Below, one piece after another: positions 57,881 through 64,000 of a stretch of 64,000 nt of DNA. The translations under genes were made by a program, and so were the position numbers. The first letter of the stretch is position 1; every line of letters begins with the position of its first letter. The DNA comes from Candidatus Thorarchaeota archaeon (GTDB lineage Archaea; Asgardarchaeota; Thorarchaeia; Thorarchaeales; Thorarchaeaceae). The notes under the pieces are model-generated. The model was given only the letters and a program-made list of their open reading frames with translations. It ran no database searches and had not been told where the DNA came from. The DNA lies in the NCBI GenBank assembly GCA_019057475.1, contig DXJO01000007.1:1-64000 (forward strand), written 5' to 3'.

Positions 57881-58990
57881 TTATACATCAATCTGAATTA
57901 GGTTCCTTGGCGAGTAGGTCAACACCTCAGGTCCGCCGTCCTTCACGCAAACCAGGTCTTCTACCCTGATTCCGAACTTACCTTCCAGGTATATGCCAGG
58001 CTCAACACTGTGAGTCATGCCCACTCTGAGTTCACACGGATTCCCTCGAACGAGATAAGGCGGTTCATGTACTTCGATGCCAATACCGTGTCCCAGTCGG
58101 TGCGTGAAGTACTCGCCATATCCGGACTCTTCGATTATGCGGCGCGCAATGCCGTCGGCTTTGCCGCAGGCAAGTCCGGGGGCTATCTTCTCAATGGCAG
58201 TCTGTTCAGCCTCCAACACTACAGAGTGGACCCGGTTCTGTTCGTCCGTGGGTTCACCAACAACTCCTACTCGAGTCATGTCAGTGTTATAGCCACCTAT
58301 TGAACAACCGCAATCCAAGAGAACGATATCGTGCGTAGTCAACTCTCTGAGAGAGGGATGAGCATGGGGGAGGGCACTATTCTCCCCAAACTGAACTGCT
58401 GCGAATGTTGGCTTGGCGCCTAGACGAACTATCTCATTTTGAACTATCTGCTTCATCTCCATCTCAGCCATTCCCAGCTGTGCCTTACTGAATGCCAGCA
58501 TGACTGCGTCATCAATAATTCGCCCTGCCTTCTTGATGAGGTCAAGTTCTGCTTGACTCTTGATGAGTCGCATCTCACCAAGATAGGGAGTCAGCGATAC
58601 AGCACTCTTGAACCCCCCAATAGATTTCTCAAGCGACCAGTATACGCCAAGGGGCAGACTGTTATCAAGAAGAACCGAGTAGCCTGATGTCTTTGAACTG
58701 AGTGTTTGTGAGATTAGCGAGTATGGGCTTTCCTCTTCCTCCCAAGGCAGAATCTCGTTAATCCAAGTCCCACTTGAGAGGTTGGAAACCTCAAATGCGG
58801 GAGCTATCATCTTGGGCACATCATCCGCTGTAAGAAGCAAACCAACAAGACGTTCACGCATCTCCAGATCCAGACCTGTGAGATACTGAAAGGCTGGCGA
58901 AGGCGTGAGAAACACAAAATCCGAATCAGTCTCCCGGATATGGTTTCTGATTCGATCCACTCTCTTCTGAAAGACCTTGTCTTCGAGCAT
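57881..58990 (-). CDS. pepQ: Xaa-Pro peptidase (M24B)
   Basis: R.IKS..E, NSALPH, D.G....GY..DMTR, HRLGHGIG.EVHE.P, VEPGIY....GIRVED. Confidence 0.92.
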   Translation of the reverse strand: MLEDKVFQKRVDRIRNHIRETDSDFVFLTPSPAFQYLTGLDLEMRERLVGLLLTADDVPKMIAPAFEVSNLSSGTWINEILPWEEEESPYSLISQTLSSKTSGYSVLLDNSLPLGVYWSLEKSIGGFKSAVSLTPYLGEMRLIKSQAELDLIKKAGRIIDDAVMLAFSKAQLGMAEMEMKQIVQNEIVRLGAKPTFAAVQFGENSALPHAHPSLRELTTHDIVLLDCGCSIGGYNTDMTRVGVVGEPTDEQNRVHSVVLEAEQTAIEKIAPGLACGKADGIARRIIEESGYGEYFTHRLGHGIGIEVHEPPYLVRGNPCELRVGMTHSVEPGIYLEGKFGIRVEDLVCVKDGGPEVLTYSPRNLIQIDV

Positions 58991-59093
58991 ATATCAGCTC
59001 TCTCTACGCTTCACACGAGAAGTGACCAAGCAGATAATGCTGACGGTCTGTATCTTCAAGCTGGTTTCCTAAGACCTAGAGTTAATAGGGGAG

Positions 59094-60470
59094 ATGTCTG
59101 ACCGAGGGTCTACTTCGGGAAGGTTACTCATGGAGCAGGATGCAACTCAACAACGCACCAAGAAGCTTCCGCCAAGAGCATACCTCCTAGGATCGCTGCT
59201 GAGTTCTGCTCAGGGCATGTATGCTCCGTTCATGATGACATACTTGATTGACATGAATGCCAGTTTTACTGAGTTGGGAGCTTTCCGCAGCGTGGGCAAC
59301 ATTGCGCCTGCCATACTGCAGCCAGCATGGGGCGCTGGTTCTGACAAGGTAGGGCACAGGAACCTATTCGTGGCGTTTGGTAGTCTAACTGGGCTTCTCA
59401 CGGTGTATCTGTTCCTCTGGGCCAAGACACCATTTGAGATGATTATCCTTTACGCAATTCAATCCATGCTTTTCAGCATTCAAATACCAACTTGGCTCTC
59501 CCTTGTGGGCAGCTTCATTGATGAAGACAAGAGAGGCAATGAACTAGGGCGTCTCGAAATGATCACTCGATTGACCGCTCTTGTCGCCACGTTAGTGTCC
59601 GGATTCCTCATCGGACTAGAGGGCATGGTCACCTTGCTACGAAATACGCTGGGCGGAGTGGGAGTTATTCTTTTGCCCCCATCAGAAGCACTGGGTGAGC
59701 CATACTACCTTTCGTTTTATCTTACTGCCATTCTGGGTATCGTAGCTGCGCTGATTTCAATCACAATCCATGAGAAGCCACTTGACAAGGTCAAGAAGAG
59801 AGAGTTTCCACCAATCATCCGGTTACTCAGGAAACCCGGAGACTTTAGGAGATTTTGTCTTGTCACCATATTATTCTCATTTGCCATGGCCATGTCGTGG
59901 CCGTATTTCACCGTGATTCTGTATGGTAGGCTAGGGGCTACACATTTTGGTGTAGGAATTGCATCAGCAATAATGGCCCTAAGCGTCATTGTATTTACCG
60001 TTCCATTTGGACGCCTCAGTGACCGAATAGGTAGAAAACCCCTAATCGTCTTTGGGCGCGGCATTCTCTTCCTTGTTCCATTACTCTATGCCTTCGCACC
60101 GAATGTATACTGGATTTATGCAGCCAACACAATTGCAGGTATCTCCATGGCGTCATCATGGAATGCACTCACAGCATACATCTATGACATTGCACCGGAG
60201 GAAGAAAGAGGGGCGCATTTGTCGGTCTACAATATGTTCATTGGAATTGTCTTTCTTTCAGGCTCGCTTGTAGCGGGAGTGCTCGGTGACGTCATTGGGG
60301 TTTTCATGGAGGAATACGCAGTCGCATTCACGATGCTAGTGGCAAGCGGAGTGCTAAGGTTTGTGGCTTCATTTTTCTACCTGCTGCTCCGAGAGCCTCG
60401 GGACTACACATCCAACTTCTGGGCAGAACTGAGAGGATTTGTTCACAGGGAGAGACTTGATTATCCGTAG
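59094..60470 (+). CDS. MFS transporter
   Basis: GA.SDKVGHR and GRLSDRIGRK motif A copies; PEEERG; about 12 TM. Confidence 0.9.
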   Translation: MSDRGSTSGRLLMEQDATQQRTKKLPPRAYLLGSLLSSAQGMYAPFMMTYLIDMNASFTELGAFRSVGNIAPAILQPAWGAGSDKVGHRNLFVAFGSLTGLLTVYLFLWAKTPFEMIILYAIQSMLFSIQIPTWLSLVGSFIDEDKRGNELGRLEMITRLTALVATLVSGFLIGLEGMVTLLRNTLGGVGVILLPPSEALGEPYYLSFYLTAILGIVAALISITIHEKPLDKVKKREFPPIIRLLRKPGDFRRFCLVTILFSFAMAMSWPYFTVILYGRLGATHFGVGIASAIMALSVIVFTVPFGRLSDRIGRKPLIVFGRGILFLVPLLYAFAPNVYWIYAANTIAGISMASSWNALTAYIYDIAPEEERGAHLSVYNMFIGIVFLSGSLVAGVLGDVIGVFMEEYAVAFTMLVASGVLRFVASFFYLLLREPRDYTSNFWAELRGFVHRERLDYP

Positions 60471-60572
60471 GCTTATTAGGAGACGGAAAAGTACTTAGTG
60501 TCACTATGTACTGCCCGGTTACAGGACTAGCGAGAATATGTTGATAAGAACCTGTGTTTAAACACTAGAGGA

Positions 60573-60935
60573 TTGTGGGAATTGAGGAAGGCGCCAAGCT
60601 TCGAAGACAGTTGGAAGGTCGAGATTAGGAGAGGAATTCTTCAATATGCAATTCTAGTCATTGTCAGTCGGCACAAAGATGATGGCATTCACGGATATGG
60701 AATAGCTCGCGAATTGGAAAAGAAAACGGACGGTCTTCTTGAAGTTAAAGAAGGAACGTTGTACCCCATCCTGCATAGACTTCGCAAGGAGAGGCTCTTG
60801 AACGTCAGAACAGAGAAATCAGAAGCTGGACCGGTTCGTAAGGTGTATGTATTGACAGGGGACGGTGATCGGGTCTATCGGGAACTCACGCGTATTCTTG
60901 GTAGCATTTATGAAAAGTTGGAGGCTTTGCGTTGA
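60573..60935 (+). CDS. PadR-family transcriptional regulator
   Basis: RRG.L...IL, HGY.I, EGTLYPIL.RL, RKVY.LT..G. Confidence 0.92.
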   Translation: MWELRKAPSFEDSWKVEIRRGILQYAILVIVSRHKDDGIHGYGIARELEKKTDGLLEVKEGTLYPILHRLRKERLLNVRTEKSEAGPVRKVYVLTGDGDRVYRELTRILGSIYEKLEALR

Positions 60936-61399
60936 GTATGAGAGAGATTGCGGAGATTGTTGAGGACTACCTCAAGAGTGTTGGTCGAGTCCTGCCGTCA
61001 GGTTTTGAAACTGAAGACATGCTCGAGGAACTCGAGATACACATTGACGAAGCTTTTCAAGAGAAGGTTCAAAAAAACCCTCAGGCCAGCAAAGTCGATC
61101 TCTTGAGAGAGGTGTTGAACGATCTGGGTGAGCCAAAGGAGATAGCTGAGGAGTTCAAAAGAACTGGCATTCATCTTCAGGAGCAGGAGGAATACAAAAA
61201 GAGAATATTCCGGCTGGTGGTGCGATTCATCATCAACATGGTTGTGGTTGTTGCTGCATCATGGTTCGTGTCAAACCTCCCCGATGCTGGGATATCCTTC
61301 TATTGGGCACTTGGTGTGCTTCTTGTGTTTGGTCTTTTTGAGTGGTTCATCCGAGTTTGGCAGATGCGAGAAGCTGGTCGGATAGATGTACAAAACTAG
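60932..61399 (+). CDS. HAAS-domain membrane protein (PadR partner)
   Basis: DYL..V...L.....E....EL..HI.E...LG.P.EIA plus 2 TM; overlaps the padR stop. Confidence 0.75.
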   Translation: MSMREIAEIVEDYLKSVGRVLPSGFETEDMLEELEIHIDEAFQEKVQKNPQASKVDLLREVLNDLGEPKEIAEEFKRTGIHLQEQEEYKKRIFRLVVRFIINMVVVVAASWFVSNLPDAGISFYWALGVLLVFGLFEWFIRVWQMREAGRIDVQN

Positions 61400-61414
61400 G
61401 AGATAGCAGCGAAC

Positions 61415-62452
61415 CTAATCGAAGACCTCTACAAAGCTCTCCAAGTACTTCTTCTGTTCCTTAGTGGGCTTTTTGGGAATGTGGATCTTGACTCGCACCC
61501 GCTGGTCACCTTGTCGCCCATCTTGGGCATGCACGCCTTTTCCCCTCAGGCGAAGAATCGTGCCACCCTTTGTGCCCTTCTTGATCTTCATCTTGCTTGT
61601 GCCCCACATCGTAGGTACATCAACATCGCCCCCGAGTACCGCCACCGAGAAGGGTATGTCCATCTCCATGTAGACATGCAACCCACGACGCACGAATTGC
61701 TTGTGGCGCTTAACTGAGAATATCACGATCAGATCGCCATTGAGGCCGCCACGTGCTCCCGCATCTCCACCGCCCTGAATACGCTGACCCATGCTATCCT
61801 CTACACCAGGTGGTATTGGAACTGTGATCTCCATTCGTTTCGATTGTAGCCCGGTTCCGCGGCACGTCTTGCATGGGCTGTCGATAATCTCTCCAAGACC
61901 TCTGCAGCTTGGGCAAGTTTGTGCTACCGTCATGAATCCTCCCATGGACCGCATGACTTGGCCTTGACCTTGGCACGTAGGACATCTTTTGGGGGTGGTC
62001 CCAGGTTGGGCACCTGAAGCGCCACAGGTTTCACACCGCTCCTTTCGTTTGAATGCGATTTCCTTTTCGGTGCCAAAGAACGCCTCTTCAAAGGTGAGCC
62101 GTATCGTTATCCTGAGAGTCCTGCCCGGTGGCGGTCCGGCTCGGCCTCTCTGGCCAAAACCACCAAAGCCTCCAAATCCTCGGAATATCTGGCTGAACAG
62201 GTCGCCAAAACCTTCCATGTTGATGCTCTGGAAGTCTGCAGTACCGTACCGATCGTAGTTTGAGCGCTTCTCAGGATCACTCAGAACAGTGTAGGCTTCA
62301 TTGATACGTTTCAGCTTTTCTTCGGATTCTTTGCTGTCGGGATTCCTGTCGGGGTGATGTTTCTTGGCTAGATTCCGGTAAGCCCGTTTGATTTCATCTT
62401 GGGTGCTACTCTTGCTGACACCCAAAATGTTGTAGTAATCATTCTCAGCCAA
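61415..62452 (-). CDS. dnaJ: chaperone DnaJ
   Basis: DYY.ILGV, HPD, G/F region, four CxxCxGxG repeats. Confidence 0.97.
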   Translation of the reverse strand: MAENDYYNILGVSKSSTQDEIKRAYRNLAKKHHPDRNPDSKESEEKLKRINEAYTVLSDPEKRSNYDRYGTADFQSINMEGFGDLFSQIFRGFGGFGGFGQRGRAGPPPGRTLRITIRLTFEEAFFGTEKEIAFKRKERCETCGASGAQPGTTPKRCPTCQGQGQVMRSMGGFMTVAQTCPSCRGLGEIIDSPCKTCRGTGLQSKRMEITVPIPPGVEDSMGQRIQGGGDAGARGGLNGDLIVIFSVKRHKQFVRRGLHVYMEMDIPFSVAVLGGDVDVPTMWGTSKMKIKKGTKGGTILRLRGKGVHAQDGRQGDQRVRVKIHIPKKPTKEQKKYLESFVEVFD

Positions 62453-62475
62453 TCTACGTCACCCAAACAAGGATT

Positions 62476-64000
62476 CTAGTCGAGGTCCTCAAAATCAACG
62501 TCAACTACGTCTTCGTCATCTGAGTCCTTCGACTTTGTCTTTTCACTACCTGGCATCTGGGTTGCATCAAAGCCCATCTTACTTGGGTCCATTCCAGCCG
62601 CGCCCGGTCCCTGAGCACCGTAGGCCTTCTCTGATATCTTGAATATCACTTGCTGCAGTGCGTCTGTTCCGGTCTTCATCTTCTCGTAGTCATCCGCTTC
62701 GATGGCTTTCTTGAGACCCTCAGACTCCTTCTCGAACTCCGTCTTGAGGTCTGCAGGGACCTTATCGCCGAGATCCTTCAGTAGCTTCTCTCCCTGGTAG
62801 ACCATCTGATCTGCATTGTTCTTGGTTTCCACCTGTGCTTTCCTCTTAGCGTCTTCTTCAGAGTACTTCTCCGCATCCTGTACCATTCTCGCAACGTCGC
62901 CATCAGATAGGTTAGTGCTTGCAGTGATGGTCATGGACTGCTCGTTACCTGTTGCCTTATCCTTGGCTGCGACGTTGACAATGCCATTGGCATCTATGTC
63001 AAATGTGACTTCAATCTGTGGGATGCCTCTGGGTGCAGGCGGGATACCAACTAGCTGGAAACGCCCAAGGGTCATGTTGTCCGCAGCCATTGGACGCTCG
63101 CCCTGCACAACGCGGATATCGACGGCGGTCTGGTGGTCTGCAGCAGTAGAGAAAATCTGACTCTTCCGCGTCGGAATCGTAGTGTTCTTGTCGATAAGAG
63201 GTGTTGCTACACCGCCCAGTGTTTCAATGCCAAGTGTCAGCGGAGTGACGTCGAGCAGAAGAATATCTGTGACTTCTCCAGACAGCACACCTGCCTGTGC
63301 GGCCGCACCCAATGCGACACATTCGTCTGGATTGATGCTCTTATCCCCTACTTTGCCGAACATGGCACGGATAATGTCCTGAATCATTGGCATCCTCGTA
63401 GCACCTCCAACTAGAAGTATCTTATCGATGCCTTCTGGTTCGACCTTGGCATCAGTGAGGGCTTGTCTAATTGGACCCAGTGTGGCCTGTACCAAGTCAT
63501 CTGTCATCTGCTCAAGCTTTGCCCGCGTGAGGTCTAGATTCAGATGCTTTGGACCACTCTGGTCAGCGGTTATGTAAGGAAGGTTGATTGTTGTCTGTTT
63601 GACAGTAGAGAGCTCGATCTTCGCCTGCTCAGCAGCATCCTTGATTCTCTGCATAGCAGATAGGTCCTTTGAGATGTCCATGCCAGTCGCTTTCTTGAAC
63701 TCCGCAATCATCCAGTCCATGACACACTGATCCCAATCATCGCCTCCCAACTGGGTATTGCCACTTGTGGAGAGTACCTCATAGACTTCTTCACCAATTT
63801 CGAGTATCGATACATCAAAGGTACCACCTCCGAGGTCGTAAACAAGGACCTTTAGTTCCTCATCCTTGTCAAGACCATAGGCCAGAGCTGATGCTGTGGG
63901 TTCATTAACAATTCTTAGAACCTCAAGACCAGCAATCGTCCCCGCGTCCTTCGTTGCTTGCCGTTGACTATCGTTGAAATATGCAGGCACCGTGATGACA
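62476..64000 (-). CDS. dnaK: chaperone DnaK (Hsp70), 5' end outside the window
   Basis: [66 protein letters not shown]. Confidence 0.98.
   Translation of the reverse strand, partial: VITVPAYFNDSQRQATKDAGTIAGLEVLRIVNEPTASALAYGLDKDEELKVLVYDLGGGTFDVSILEIGEEVYEVLSTSGNTQLGGDDWDQCVMDWMIAEFKKATGMDISKDLSAMQRIKDAAEQAKIELSTVKQTTINLPYITADQSGPKHLNLDLTRAKLEQMTDDLVQATLGPIRQALTDAKVEPEGIDKILLVGGATRMPMIQDIIRAMFGKVGDKSINPDECVALGAAAQAGVLSGEVTDILLLDVTPLTLGIETLGGVATPLIDKNTTIPTRKSQIFSTAADHQTAVDIRVVQGERPMAADNMTLGRFQLVGIPPAPRGIPQIEVTFDIDANGIVNVAAKDKATGNEQSMTITASTNLSDGDVARMVQDAEKYSEEDAKRKAQVETKNNADQMVYQGEKLLKDLGDKVPADLKTEFEKESEGLKKAIEADDYEKMKTGTDALQQVIFKISEKAYGAQGPGAAGMDPSKMGFDATQMPGSEKTKSKDSDDEDVVDVDFEDLD

Noticed and set aside
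1-64000. CRISPR arrays, tRNA/rRNA genes, inteins in RadA/Top6, in-frame selenocysteine codons in the Fe-S genes
   Set aside because: No spaced direct repeats, T-loop/cloverleaf signatures or intein termini were seen by eye, and the Fe-S ORFs are full-length with Cys motifs. A tRNAscan/Infernal run is needed to be certain.

Overview
Archaeal chromosomal segment, most likely from an Asgard archaeon. This is inferred from the archaeal information genes (radA, top6A/B, aRF1, archaeal-type pheS/T, geranylgeranyl reductase, cofE) together with two Rab-like small GTPases and a roadblock protein; a Thorarchaeia-like origin is a guess. From left to right: the 3' end of an IS5/IS903-type element; an APC permease; an Mrr-type nuclease; and a ~15 kb catabolic cluster with three FAD-linked oxidases, two CCG Fe-S partners, a UroD/MtaA-like protein, an RraA-like aldolase, an aminotransferase, a glycerol-dehydratase-like glycyl radical enzyme directly followed by kdgK and eda, and SCP2. 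Next come ino1, a divergent aRF1, a large secreted LamG protein, pheST, the GTPase/CBS block, radA, a roadblock gene and topoisomerase VI, whose A subunit carries a ~350-aa N-terminal extension with two RadA-like HhH modules. The right part holds cofE, two tandem MFS genes, a chimeric IS5 remnant, hbd, two lysophospholipases, a P2A ATPase, pepQ, another MFS, PadR/HAAS, dnaJ and partial dnaK. The best novel candidates are: (1) two unannotated paralogous 33/35-aa peptide genes under visible purifying selection, upstream of the MFS pair, where each MFS gene is also overlapped by its own small ORF; (2) GRE-kdgK-eda, suggesting a radical entry into the Entner-Doudoroff pathway; (3) the HhH/lysine-rich-extended Top6A (Spo11 homologue) near radA. 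No rRNA, tRNA or CRISPR array was recognised by eye. All family calls come from motif recognition, not database searches.
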